In this document: positions 51,051 through 63,712 of the stretch, one piece after another | Layout of the letters: the number at the start of each line of letters is the position of its first letter | Numbering within the stretch: position 1 is the stretch's first letter | Source: Callorhinchus milii | Taxonomy: Eukaryota | Reading direction: 5' to 3' | DNA length: 64,000 nucleotides | Assembly (NCBI RefSeq): GCF_018977255.1 | Contig: NW_024704742.1 | Span: 84,942,001-85,006,000 of the forward strand | The notes under the pieces: generated by a model | The model's database searches: none | Told to the model about the DNA's origin: nothing | The model's input: only the letters and a program-made list of their open reading frames with translations | Made by a program: the position numbers and the translations under genes

Positions 51051-54000
51051 AATGCAGTATTGCAGATTAGACCTCACTTAATGAGGGTGAATGGCGTCAA
51101 ATACATACAAGTAACTTTTGTATGAGGAAAACAGATGATTTGTCTCAATACTGTAGTTCCATTCACTCTTGTATTGAATAAGTATTACTGGACTCCAGAT
51201 CAGCCTCTTGCGGGACTCATTCACAATAATCTGACTTTGTTCAAGTTCAAGCTGAGCTGTCTGAAGCCTAAACCACAAGTTTATTTGAGTAACCAAGAAC
51301 CAAGATTGCCAATGTTAAAGGAAATATGCATAAGAGGAAAAGCTCAACTTGTACAAAGTCCAAGCGAATGGTATTCAAACAGACCTCATACAGGCAACAA
51401 CAAACAACTACAAAATTACATTTGTATAGCGCCTTTCACGTCAGGAGGATGTCCCAAGGCAGTACAGACCTGGCTTGTATGTTATCTATTACATCTTTAT
51501 GATTAGCGTAAGTGGACATCCTCTTATAGTGGTCCAAATACTGTTACATGGGAAAACATGTGCAGTTATGAGTAGAGAATGGAAGATCGTTAGAGAAAAA
51601 ATTACAATTTCAACTCTCTTGTCTAACCAGTATTTTCTGACCTTTATTGGAAAACCTTCCACAATATACTCAATAAAAGTTTTTCCTATATTTATATTTC
51701 CATTCCAAAGTTAGAACAGTGATATATTGTCCCAGCTGTTTCTGTTGGCCTGTAAATGTATCAACCTGAAAATCTTTGGGGTATTTCTGCTAACCTTGAT
51801 ATGTAGGTTCAAGTGCTAACATCCCCCATCTGAGACTGTTTTGAAACAAGATTCAATGATATCAGCATTCAACCAAATGGTATTACTTAAACAATGTTAT
51901 ATTTCTATTCTAACTTTAAAATTTATTTATGCTCCATTTTGTAACTAGTGATATTGTCAAGATTAACGACGTAACTGCAGAGTGCTGACTGGGCCGATTT
52001 ATGTGTTCTGTTAGCTGTCAAATATGTTTTCTTCTGAATTTAATTTTGAAGTGCATCTTAATTAGCATAATTTCTTTAATACCATTAAACTATTTAGTAC
52101 TGAATGTAACTTCTCATGCATTTTGGAGCTGATTACTAGTTTCACTAAGTATTCATTCCATTTAGTTCAAATTCAAGTTGAGTACATTATTTAGCTCTGT
52201 GTTTAGTCTGCATTCCTGAAGTATTGCCAATATTTGCATTACTGTCTTTCTGACTTGTTGCTTTATTATTAAGGAAAACCAGGCAGTGTTCCCAGATTAT
52301 GATTGCACCTTTGTGTACCCTACATATTTTCTCCAAGCTTTTAGCCTCTTTGCCCCGCCATCTGAAACTCTTCCAAAATCCATCTGCCTCTCTCCCTTCT
52401 TCTCTGCTTTCTAAACAACAACAACTTACATTTAGATAGTGCCCTTCAAGCAGAGTAGCATCTTGGAGTGCTTAAAATATATGTCAAGATCTAAAGTACA
52501 TCTAAAACTCATCTATCTCTGTGGCCTTTCGATTTCCCCCTCCCCCCCACACACACAAACACACATCTACTACCTCCCAGCTCATGTTTCTATTCTATCT
52601 TTGTAAAGCACTTTGTGAATTCTCCCTTATGTGGAAGGCATTATATAAGTGCAAATTGTTGTTGTTGTTTCTTTGATGATTTTCCCTGCGTATATAGTCA
52701 CTAAATATTAACCTTGAAAAGTATGGAAGCCATAACATTACTATATTTTGCCAAAAGTTGAGCAAACAGAATATACATACCTGTTGCGATAGGTGTGCCC
52801 AGTGTGGTGCAGTTTGTTGTTACTTTAAGTACAGGTATGCTCAATAGAGCTGTTAGGAATACCATAATTAAGTCTGGGGAGATTTTATAACAAGATATAC
52901 AATTATACTGGCCAGATGAATGAATCCTGTTTTATTATAAACTGAATTTATTGCAATTTATTTTATCAAAATTATTGACAGAATATGGTGTCAGAATTGA
53001 TGAGCAAGCCTGTAGCAAGCTACATAAAAAAATCTTTGGCTAGTCACCAGGAATTTAAACCATAACCTCACTGGCATCATCTCACATTCATATGTGGATG
53101 AACAAAATTCATGACACTGAAAGAGATTCAACTATGAGAATTAAATGTTACGTGGATAGTTTCATTACCATGTCAGATACATTCAGACATCCATTGCACA
53201 TTGTAAATATGGATTCATTTTTGGTGAACTTTGCTGGCATAGAGCAAACAAACTGCCCAAGAAACGCACCTCAATAATGATTCAATAATAGAAATAAAGG
53301 TTGCCATGGCTCTACTGCATCTCATCCATAGCAACCTCTATTTCGGGTTGGTGTATACTACTGGTGACACACCAGCTCATCAGTCAGGCTCAGCAGTAAG
53401 ACTTTGAGGGCAGATCAGTTAACCCTGCTCCTGTTAACCCTGCAAACCAAAGCCCGAAGAAGCAGTGGGAAGCTTGCCAGATGGCTTGCTCTCGATGGCA
53501 CACTGCAATTTTAGCTTCTTAAACTCCCAACGGTACTCCCATCAGACATTCTGATGTCCCCAAGACTTGTTCTCAGCAAAATATTCCCAATTCTCTTTGG
53601 AATTAGGCAAGCAGGGACGTCCCTCCAGAAGGAAAGTATACATTCCATTTCCACAAGGAAATTTTCATGTTTTGGTGGTATACAGATGTAGGACGCATAG
53701 TCAGGTTTAGATCCTTTAAACATGGTGATGGGTTTCTGCATGTGTGGCACACCTGGCTGACCAAAACAAAATAGCTGGAGAGTTTGAAACCATCAAAAAG
53801 ACAACAAGCCCCCTCTTAGGTGCGATAGGCTGGAGTGAGATCAAATTATGGAAAATGCTGATCTTATCTGCTGTAAAATAAAATCCAGTGAAAAAATTCT
53901 AAAGCTCACCAAGATGGAGGAATAAACAGCAAGAGCCATGTAACCAAATATCGCTTTGTGAAAATTCATTTGGAAAGACACCATTACAGTGATACTTTCA

Positions 54001-55180
54001 CTGCACACACAGGGTGTCATGGACCAAGAAAAGGACCTTCCAAAATAGCTTGCAGGTGTGAAAAAGAGATAATCCAATGCATTCTTGCCTGAAGGAGTAC
54101 AGATTTACTCGATATAATGGTGAGAATTCAGAATAAGGATTGGATCATTTTACAACAAGCTGTTCCCTATGTTCATTAGCAGAATAAAAGATCTTATGAC
54201 TATGAGGCTTCTTTTGTGTTGCTGAGCTCACCAACATAATAGCGTACCTCATTAGCCTTTGAGTGTTGTTTCCATAATAAGCATTGCAAATTTAGTGATT
54301 CCCAAGTTACAAAGAGCTTTCATAGATCATACCTCTTAGCTTTCCTCCTAAAACAATCCTGTTGTAAAATCATATTTCTATACATGGTTATGCAAACAGG
54401 GAATCTGGATGTATGGTATTTAATAAGAGCATCCACACAAAGTACTTCTATACTTGACTTGCAAGGCAACTTAGAAATTAAAATTGCATAAATGTTTTCA
54501 TTATTATTATTATTATTATTATTCATGGCCCAGGTAAAGGGGAGAGAGTTGAAAGCCGGTAATTCTCAGTATGTGATGTTATTTTGTTAAAGATATGAAA
54601 TGTTTTTCTAAATATGACATGTAATATAAGGAGGGTAGTCCTTTGAATTGGATGTGTTCCCTCTCTTTCTACTTTTTCCCCTTTCAAAACCTGCCTAATT
54701 AATGTCAGCCAACAAGCTTTGGAAGGAGCAGATCTTGCCCCACCAGCCTTAGATTTTTTTGAGGATGTGACATACCAATTTGTCTATTATGGGAGGCATA
54801 GGACATAATATACCTATGCTTACCAGAGTCGAGAGCACAAGAAATACATACTAATATTAATGTTGCTTAGTAACTGGCTCAGCATACCTGCCAACCTGGC
54901 TGAAGAAAAAAGCAGTAGATGTTCAACAAAAAAGCTGGAGATTTATTAAAACAACAGTAGATTTTTAATAAAGCTTGTCGTGGCGACGGGACATCAAGCA
55001 ACACCTCTCTCAAAACTTTCCAATTTATTTCCTTAAGCACTACAGTACAAAATGAAGCACCTTGCCAATGGGTGAAACTTCTTGTGAGGAGGTGAGTAAA
55101 ACTTAATAGTTAGGGGCCATTAATGGGCAACTTGAATAGGTGCAAATTCAAGCTGCACATTATACCAAGGGACCTTTACT

Positions 55181-55670
55181 ACAACAACAACAAAATGACA
55201 TTTGTAAAGCGCCTTTCACATCGGGAGGACGTCCCAAGGCGCTGAACAGTCGGGGATCAGGACCCGAGTGTGGGGGGCAGGGTTGGAGTGAGGGTGGGCA
55301 GAGAGGTAGGAGTGCAGCTGAAAGCACGATTGAAAAGGAGGGTGTTGAGTCGTGCCTTGAAGGAGTCAAGGGAGGGAGCAAGCGGGCCATGGCATGGATA
55401 TGAGGGAGAAAGGATAATTGAGGGTCGAACAAGAAGCCCCAGTTCCTGACTGGCTTGGTGAGGTGGAGTGTGCATCCTTGGGTGCTGATGCTGCCAGTGC
55501 CTTAGGTGCGGAGGCGCTAGTGCGAGCCAAACAGGAGGGCCTCAGTCTTGCTGACATTCAGCTGTAGAAAGTTGGTTCTCATCCAGGACTTGATATCTGA
55601 CTGACAGTCTGTCAGGACGTCAGTTGTCCTAGAATCAAGCGTGGAAGCAGAGAGATAGAGTTGGGTGCAG
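55181..55670 (-). mobile_element. L2 3' fragment with internal deletion
   Basis: (AAC)n tail, the shared GGGAGGACGTCCCAAGGCGCT segment, FDPQLSFLPHI and DIKSWM-like sequence. Confidence 0.8.
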
Positions 55671-55994
55671 CTTGGATATTACATTGTCACAACTGCTCGT
55701 TTGAATGAAAGTGCAAATCCCGTGCTTTCATTCAAATCACGGTTCAGCTCCACCCATGCGCTTTCACTTCACCGAAGAAACTAGTGTGATATCTGCTTCC
55801 CATAGACTATGGAGCATTCCCTGCAGATCTGTATGTAGATGGGCCTAAAGTCTATGGAGAAAACCCCGTAGAGTTGGCAGGTATGATAAAGGAAGGAAGA
55901 ATAAAGAAAGGCCACACAATTTCTTGGTTCTAATTGACACACTGTCTCAGCTAATGGTTTCTCCTCCCACCCCCACACGGTCATCTGCAGTGCA

Positions 55995-56815
55995 ACTCAA
56001 GACTCTATCCTCCTTTGTGCCTTTTCCTCAATTACGTACTCCCTCTTGGGAACATCATCCCCAGACATAAGGTTAACTTCCCTATTAATGTGGATGGCAC
56101 CCAAATCCACTTCTACTCTTAATTCCAAATCCACTGATGTCCTCAGGGCCTGGATGAATTTCTTCCCACTCATTATGGATAAGATGGAAGCCATTCTTCT
56201 CAGCTCCCATCAACGTCTCCTCTCTTCTGACTCTGACCTCCTCAACGTTTACAGCCTCACTCTCTCTCAAACTCTCCAAAACTGGAGCACAACCTTTGCA
56301 TCTGGTTCGATCCACAGAATTATTTTCTTCCTCACATCCTCTCACTATGACCACCCGCCTCTGCCTATTTCACACCCAATGCCACTGAAACACTCATTCA
56401 CACCATCCCACTTAGAGTTTATTGATTCTTCCTGGTCTCCCTAGCTCCACCATTCAAAGGTGCATTTCACCCAAAACTCTGCCGCGTACATTCTCACCTG
56501 CATCAAACTCCACCCACCCATCACCCTGTGCTCACCAATTTCCACTGTCTCTCAACAGATCTATTTCAAGGTCATTACGCTCACCTACAAATCCACCCAG
56601 CTCCTGGTACCTCCTTGTCTTGGAGTCCAAACCTTCTCATACCCTATTTCTCCTTTCACCCTCTTTGCTTGCTGTCAGTCCCCCACCTTCCATGTGTCAC
56701 CATCATTGGCTGAGGCTTCAGTTCCTACACCTTCAACTTTGGAACTCCTTTCCTCTACCCCTTCACCCTGTCCCTTTTCTCTCTTTAAATCCCGCCTCAA
56801 ATCCTACCTCATAGT
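55995..56815 (+). mobile_element. Old L2 RT/3' fragment
   Basis: QNSAAYILT, IYFKVITLTYK and FKSRLKSYL in ORF 56460..56819. Confidence 0.65.
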
Positions 56816-56880
56816 TTAGATTTCAGGAGTGTGCGCGCGCAAAAAAAAAAAAAAAACCTCTGCGCCCCCCGCCCCCCCCT

Positions 56881-58608
56881 CACTCAAAATCCTCCTCCTC
56901 TACCGGCCCCCTAAAATCTCTCCCACCTTCATCTCCGATATTTCGACAATTCTTACATCTCTCTGCCTCTGCTCTGATCGCCTCATCATCCTGGGCGACT
57001 TCAACCTGCACTTCAACCCCTCCTGCTCCATCTCCTCAGACTTCTCTTCCCTGCTCTCCTCGCTCAACCTCTCCCTCCACATCAACTCCCCCACACAGTC
57101 ACGGCCACCCACTCGACTTGGTGATCACCCGGGGCCTCAGTGTCTCGGATGTCACCATTACTGACAAGGCCGTCTCCGATCACCACTTCATCTCCTTCAC
57201 CCCCCTCCCCACCTCCACCAGACCCACCACCATCTTCTATCGCCCCTGGAAGAAGTTACCCCCACAATCCCTAACCGCTGCCTTGGAGTCCTCTGAACTC
57301 CTCTCCCTCTGGCCTTCAACCCTCACTGACCGCTCTTCTCCTCTCACCCTCCTCCACAACACCCTCTCCTCCACACTCGACACTCTTGCCCCCATCAACA
57401 CCCGCACTGTCTCCTACTCTCGCTCCTCCCCCTGGTTCACCACCCACCTCCGCTCACTGAAGAGCCAGGTGCGGGCCGCTGAACGCACCAGCGTCAAATC
57501 TGGCCTAACGGTCCACCGACAAATCTGGCTGGACCTCCTCAAAATCTACCACTCCACTCTAGCCTCGGCCAAGTCGTCCTTCTACTCCAGGATAATCCTG
57601 GAGGTGAAGAACAACCCCAGGCTACTGTTTTCTACCACATCCCGACTCCTCCGTCCCCCCCCGCCACCCCGCGCAGGTCATCTCCTCCAACCTTCACTGC
57701 GAGGAGATGCTGTATTTCCTTGAATCCAAAATCAAGGGAATTCGCTCCGCGGTCACTTCCCCTCCAACATCCACCCACCCCCCACCCCCTCCCTCCCACA
57801 CTCCGACTCCTACCCATCCTCCCCTACACACTTTCGTACCCGTTTCCCCACCCTCTGTTACCAAACTCATCCTATCCCTGAAACCTACCACCTGCTCCCT
57901 TGACCCCATCCCCACTTCCATCACCTCCGGAATATCGCCAGTCTACGGCACTACCTCACCCCTCACACTGCTGAAACTCTGGTCCACGCCTTTATCACCT
58001 CAAGGCTGGACTATGGGAACTCTCTCCTCGCCGGCCTTCCCGGCACCTCCCTCCACAAGCTGCAGGTCATTCAGAACTCTGCAACTCGTGTACTGTCCCG
58101 CACCAGGCTTCGGGACCACATCACTCCCACCCTCGCTCGCCTCCACTGGCTCCCCATCCCCCAGAGGATCGAATTCAAGATCCTCATCCTCACCTACAAG
58201 GCCATTCACGGCCTTGCTCCCTTCTACCCTCTCCGACCTACTATCCCCCTACTTACCTGCCCGTACCCTCCGTTCCTCTGGCTCCGGTCTGCTCCACATC
58301 CCCCGCCCCAACCGCCCTACCATCGGTAGCCGGGCCTTCAGCCTCTCAGCCCCGAGGCTCTGGAACTCCATCCCCCAGTGCCTTCGCCGCCTCCTCCCTT
58401 TCCTCCTTCAAGGCCGGTCTCGAGACCTTTCTCTTTGACCGTGCCTTCAGCTCCCCTCTCGACTCTCTACCCCCTCCTCGCTCCCTCCCTTCCCTCCCCT
58501 CACCCTGACCATTTCCCCCCTGCTCGGGTTCCGACCCAACTGTACAGCGCCTTGGGACATCCTCCCGACATGAAAGGCACTCTATAAATGGAATGTTGTT
58601 GTTGTTGT
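56881..58608 (+). mobile_element. L2-clade LINE: endonuclease region and 3' end, RT core deleted
   Basis: KILLLYRPP, IILGDFNLH, SDHHFISF, PWFT and CSLDPIPT, then an immediate jump to the post-RT region ([27 protein letters not shown]) and a (TTG)n tail. Confidence 0.9.
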
Positions 58609-59105
58609 ACCTCTTCAAACTCACTTATGGCTAACCCCTCAACTTTCCTTGATCGCCATCTAACTCTGTTACTAGAAACCATGGAACTCTGTCTCATTCC
58701 CTCCGCCTTGCCCCCTCCTTACCATCGTGAGATTGACCTGAAGACCTTTCTCTTTTCCTACGATCATCTCCCCTCTCTCCCCAGCTTGGCAACAAAGCTC
58801 TGTCACTATTAAGCTTGCTGAGATGCTACACACAAGAAGGATGCTAACTAAATGCAAGTTGTTGTAGTTTTCTGTAAAGTGCTCCAGGACGTTACTCTAC
58901 ATGAAGAGCACTGTGTAAATGCAAGTTGTTGTTGCACTACATATAAATATCTGAATTCCCAGATTCAGTGGAAGGCAGTTAAATTCGCAAATGGTAAGCT
59001 AGCTGTGGAATCAAAGGAGATAGCTAGATCTTACAGAGAGAGCTTGATAGGGTCAGTACCTGGGCTAAGCATTGGTGAAGGAAGTTCAATGCAGATAAAT
59101 GCAAA

Positions 59106-59219
59106 GAATGATTAATAGGAAGTAAAAATAGGAGAAAAAAGTATTCAATCATAAGGGACGTAAATTGAATGAATGATATATAGGAAGTAAAAATAGGAAG
59201 CAAAAGTATTCAATCATAA
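59106..59219 (+). repeat. Direct repeat, about 49-bp units with a 65-bp period
   Basis: GAATGAT.A.TAGGAAGTAAAAATAGGA...AAAAGTATTCAATCATAA at 59106 and 59171. Confidence 0.85.
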
Positions 59220-59314
59220 AAGGTTAACAATTGGGTATAAGCTCAGAATTGTCATTGAGGAGATTTGAAGACATTTTCCATGCAGAAGTTATTAGAATAT
59301 ATTAATCCTTTTAA

Positions 59315-59712
59315 TTATTGCATTTGATATAGCACCTTGCCATGTTGCCGAGAAATATATTGTGAAATTGTTTGACTGTTGGTATTTTGTAAACGAAGGA
59401 CAGTGTGGCCAGTCTCATAATCAGCCACAGAAGTGAGTAACCAACTTTTTTTTATTTTGGAGTCTTTCTTGGCCAGGGAGAAACTCGCTTTTCTTTTCGA
59501 GCAGCCCATAGAATCTTTACCATCCACCTAAATAGGCGAACAAAACCTTGGTTTCATGTCTCATCCGAAGAACGACACCTTCTACAATGCAACACAGCCC
59601 CCAGCACTGCATTGGAGTGTCAGTTTAGACTATGTGATTCCAAGTCCCGACGTGGGGCTTGAACCCACAACCTTCTGACTCAGAGGCGAGAGTGCTACCA
59701 CTGAGCCAGGCT
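59315..59712 (-). mobile_element. Deu-domain-type SINE, full length
   Basis: GTCTCATCCGAAG...CTTGAACCCACAACCTTCTGACTCAGAGGCGAGAGTGCTACCACTGAGCCAGG. Confidence 0.75.
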
Positions 59713-60120
59713 GAAAATATGGAATATTTTGCCACAAGTTGTTACTGAGTCTAAGACCACAATATTTAAAAGATTTAAAAAAGAATTGGATAACAAATTT
59801 GAAGGGGAAATATATCAAAATGTACAGGAAAGAGCACGGAATTGGCATTGGTAGTGAGCACCAGTGGCTGAGCTCACACCAAGTTAGGCTTATTAGGCGA
59901 AATGATCTCCACCTCTGCTGTAATTGTTATGGTTATAATCCACAGATGAAATATAAAGTGCTAAGGTGAAAGGTGTGTTTGAAAAAACCTGACTCATTGC
60001 TCACCATGTTTGAACAAAGTGAGGTAGGAATAAACAAGTGAATCATTGTTTTGGCTACATTGCCTAATCAGCTGAGTTGAGATGTCATGTTCAAGCTGTA
60101 CATTTCTCTGGACAAGCTGC

Positions 60121-61427
60121 AAATCCAACATGGATTTGTTAAAGGCAAATCTTGCCTAACAAATCTAATAGATTTTTTTGAAGAGGTGACTGCGAGGGTT
60201 GATGAGGGAAATGTGGTGGACGTTATTTACATGGATTTCAAAAAGGCTTTTGATACAGTACTGCATAAGAGATTAATAAAAAAAATAGAGGCCCACGGTA
60301 TTAAGGGACCAGTGGCAGTTTGGATTAAGAACTGGCTGAGTGACAGAAAGCAGAGGGTGATGTTTAATGGGTGTTTCTCGAAATGGAAGGAGGTGTGCAG
60401 CGGTGTCCCCCAGGGATCGGTATTGGGACCACTGCTCTTTCTAATATATATTAATGATTTGGACTTGGGCATAGAGAGCACTATTTCCAAGTTTGCAGAT
60501 GATACAAAGTTAGGTAGGGTAGTAAATAGCGAGGGGACTGTAACCGACTGCAAGCAGACATACACAGAATGGTGGAATGGGCTGACATGTGGCAGATGGA
60601 TTTCAGTGTGGATAAATGTGAGGTGATACACTTAGGTAGGACAAATGATAGGAGGCAATATAGACTTGGTAGCTCAATCTTAAGGGGGGTGAACGTACAG
60701 AGAGATCTGAGTGTTCAAGTAAGCGAATCATTAAAGGTAGCGGGACAGGTAGATAAGGCAGTAAAAAAGGCATTTGGTGTACTGAGCTTTATTAGTAAGG
60801 GCATAGAGTATAAGAGTAGGGAGGTTATGGTTAATCTCTACAAAACACTGGTTAGGCCTCAGCTGGAGTACTGCGTCCAGTTCTGGGCACCTTACTTCAG
60901 GAAGGACATTAAGGCACTGGAAAGGGTGCAGAGGAGATTCACGAGAATGATACCAGGAATGGGGAACCTTAGCTATGAGGACAGGCTGGAGAAGTTAGGA
61001 CTTTTCCCATTAGAGCAGAGAAGGTTACGCAGGGACCTGATAGAGGTCTTCAAGATCATGAAAGGTTTCGACAGGCTAGATAAGGAAAAGCTGTTTCCGC
61101 TGGTAGGTGTGTCTGTGACTCGTGGTCACAGTCTTAAGATATCTACCAAAAGAAGCAGAGGGGAGGTTAGAAGAATTTTTTTGACTCAGCGAGTTGTTCG
61201 AATTTGGAATGATCTGCCTGAAAGGGCAGTGGAATCCGATTCGGTAACAGCTTTTAAGAGAGAACTGGATAGGTATCTGGGGAAGACGGGTTTGCAGGGT
61301 TATGGGGAGAAAGCTGGTGATTGGGGTTAGTGAAAGTGACTTGCTCTGTCAAAGAGCCGGCACAGACTCGATGGGCCGAATGGCCTCTTTCTGTGCCGTA
61401 ACATTCTATAAATCTATGAATCTATGA
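60121..61427 (+). mobile_element. 5'-truncated young CR1 LINE (RT C-terminal part and 3' UTR)
   Basis: ORFs 60087..60626 and 60569..61330 carry QHGF..KSCLTNL, YMDFKKAFD, GVPQGSVLGPLLF, FADDTK and LVRPQLEYCVQFW. One frameshift in the G run at 60533-60536, stop at 61330, and a CR1-type 3' UTR ending in (AATCTATG/A) repeats. Confidence 0.95.
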
Positions 61428-61599
61428 AAAATGTATGCAGATTTTATGTCACACTGTATAACATAAGGGACGGCTAAAGACACAAGGCAGAGCAAGAAGT
61501 ATGATCCTCAATTTGGAGTTATTAGAGAGGAAAGTTCATCTGGGCTTTTTTAGCCTTGAAAGAGGCATCCCAGATGGGCCCTTATAGAGATATATTACA

Positions 61600-62212
61600 T
61601 CTGGGCTCGAATACTCCAACTCTTTGCTTGTCGGCCTTCTCAACTCGACCCTCCACAAGCTGCAGATCGTTCAGAACTCGTGCTCTCTCTCCCATCAGGT
61701 TCTGTGACCCTATCACCCCACCTTCCCCCAGCTCCACTGGTTCCCCATCCCCCTGAGGATAGAGTTAAAAATTCTCGTCCTTGCCTTCAAAGCCCTGCCT
61801 GGCCTTGCTCCTTTCTACCCCGGTGATCTGCTAATGTCATATCGATCTGTCCGCTCCCTCCATTCAGCAGGCTCCGGCCTGGTCCGTGTCCCCTGCCCAA
61901 CCCGATCTGCCTCACCATCAGCGTTCAGGCCTTTAGTTTCTCTGCCTACTCTTTGGAACTTCCATGCCCTTTGCCCTTTGCCTTGCTCCCTCCCTTGCCT
62001 CCTTCAAGCCCTGTTTCAAGACCGCCTTTGGTCACCCTCCAACCCTTACTCTCCCTGCCTTCCACCCCTCCTGATCCCAACCCCCCGCCCGCTGCTGAGG
62101 TCCAAATCCCTGACTGTTCAGTGCCTTCACATTTTACAGTAAGTCTTGTTAAGTACTTTGAGACATTTTGACGACTGGATCTGGTGCTAAATCAAATGCG
62201 AGCATTATTACT
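61600..62212 (+). mobile_element. L2 3' fragment ending in a SINE-type tail
   Basis: LHKLQIVQN, LHWFPIP and KILVLAFKAL-like sequence. Confidence 0.7.
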
Positions 62213-62289
62213 GTCTTCATTACAACTGGAACAGATCAACAGGAAGGATGAGCACTTATTTCAAGGAGCAGCAAGAAGGGTACTCTGGA

Positions 62290-62620
62290 AAGACGAGCCA
62301 ATAGAATTCGGGTAGTGCACTTGTGAACACTGGCTTGGGAGATCAGGAACGAGGGAATGCCAGACCGACGGAAAACTACAATCCCCAGAAGTCTCCGCGC
62401 GAGCAGCCGGGGTCCACCACCGGGCGGGCGGTCGTGGGATTGGCAGGTGATGCAGCCAATCGGAGCGGGGGGCGGCGCGATTGACAGGCGGCGCAGCCAA
62501 TCCGGGCGCGGCAAAGCGAGAGCCAGGCATTTCTGGTGCCCGAAAGCGGAGCCGCGGAGAGGGACTCGCGCTGTCGGCAAACACTCGGGACAAGTCGCAG
62601 CGGCCCCGGGTCTCATGGTC
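62290..62620 (+). promoter_or_regulatory. CpG-island promoter of the divergent gene: ZNF143-type ACTACAATCCCCAGAA (62375-62390), CCAAT boxes (62298, 62439 reverse, 62456, 62497) and GC boxes
   Basis: Motifs read directly from the sequence; CpG-rich and TATA-less, a typical housekeeping architecture. Confidence 0.8.
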
Positions 62621-62912
62621 GGTGCCAGTCTGAGCCCCATTTTTACTATTTTCTTTTTTTAAAAAAAGATATGTTTATTGTTAATAATAATAACCATTGA
62701 CCCTCAGCTGGCGCTGTGCTGAGTGGCTGAGGGTGTGTGTGTGTGTGTGTGTGTGCAGCGAAGTGGAGTAAAGGTCATTGTCAAAGGTCACTGTTTGGAG
62801 GCTCTTGGGCTTTGCACGTTTGTCCTCTGTCTGTGTCTTCCCCCCTCAGACTCGCAGTGTTTTTGCAGCTCCGTCGGTATCCCCCTGTGTCGCTCACTGC
62901 TGTCACCAGAAG

Positions 62913-62929
62913 ATGTTGCAAAATACGGG
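62913..62929 (+). CDS. HSDL2: Probable first conserved coding exon of hydroxysteroid dehydrogenase-like 2 (M-L-Q-N-T-G)
   Basis: AAG ATG TTG CAA AAT ACG GG|GTAAGC: -3 A and a strong donor. Human HSDL2 begins MLPNTG and lies head-to-head with PTBP3 (recalled synteny). Only 6 codons are visible. Confidence 0.68.
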
Positions 62930-63136
62930 GTAAGCGGTCTGTGAAAAACACCCGACACACATCACACACTCAACGCCAAGGTTTGCTATTCACAAAAATA
63001 GAATATGCAAGAGTCAGGTCTGTGGAAAGTATCTTTCTCCTCATTGTTTCCAATGCCTCCAAACTATACTGATTAAAATGGCACAAGCATTTTTAAAGAG
63101 ATAAAAACATTGCAATAACTTAGCTGTGGCCTAAAT

Positions 63137-63452
63137 ACAACAACAACAAAATTACATCTGTAGAGCGCCTTTCACGTCGGGAGGACGTCCCAAAGCGCTG
63201 AACAGTCAGATGTCGGGGCCCGAGCATGGGGGAGGGGTGGGGTAGGGGAGAGGGAAGGCAGAGAGGTGGGAGGGCGATCGAAGGCACGATCGAAGAGGAG
63301 GGTCTTGAGACCGGCCTTGAAGGAGCCAAGGGAGGAAGTGAGGCGAAGGGACCGTGGGATGGAGTTCCAGAGTGTGGGGCAGAGAGGCTGAAAGCCAGGA
63401 CACCGATGGTAAGGGGAGTCGGGCGGGAGACATGGAGCAGACCGGAGCCTGA
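63137..63452 (-). mobile_element. Young L2 3' end
   Basis: (AAC)n tail, GCGCCTTTCACGTCGGGAGGACGTCCCAAAGCGCT, and similarity to 58285-58608. Confidence 0.85.
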
Positions 63453-63712
63453 TGAATGGATGAAATACAGCAACTATTTTTGCATTTAAGTATTACAGTT
63501 TAATTGTAAGCGTATGTTTCATTTTGTTTTGAATAAAGCAGTCTTTATTAAGTAACAAGGAATGTTATAGTTTACATCAAACAACAACAAAACAAGATTT
63601 TCAAAGTATATAAATAGATGGGGTTAATGGTTTACAGCCCAATAATTCTCTTGTTTCCTTTTAAGAGTTTGATAAAAGAAGAATAAGCTACAATTGTGCT
63701 TTATTAAAGGAT

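Noticed and set aside
55700..55736. 12-bp stem TTTGAATGAAAG/CTTTCATTCAAA
   Set aside because: Short and AT-rich, lying between L2 fragments; probably a DNA-transposon/MITE remnant and not assignable.
59106..59219. CRISPR-like repeat-spacer
   Set aside because: Only two units in a eukaryotic context with no cas genes; a simple duplication.
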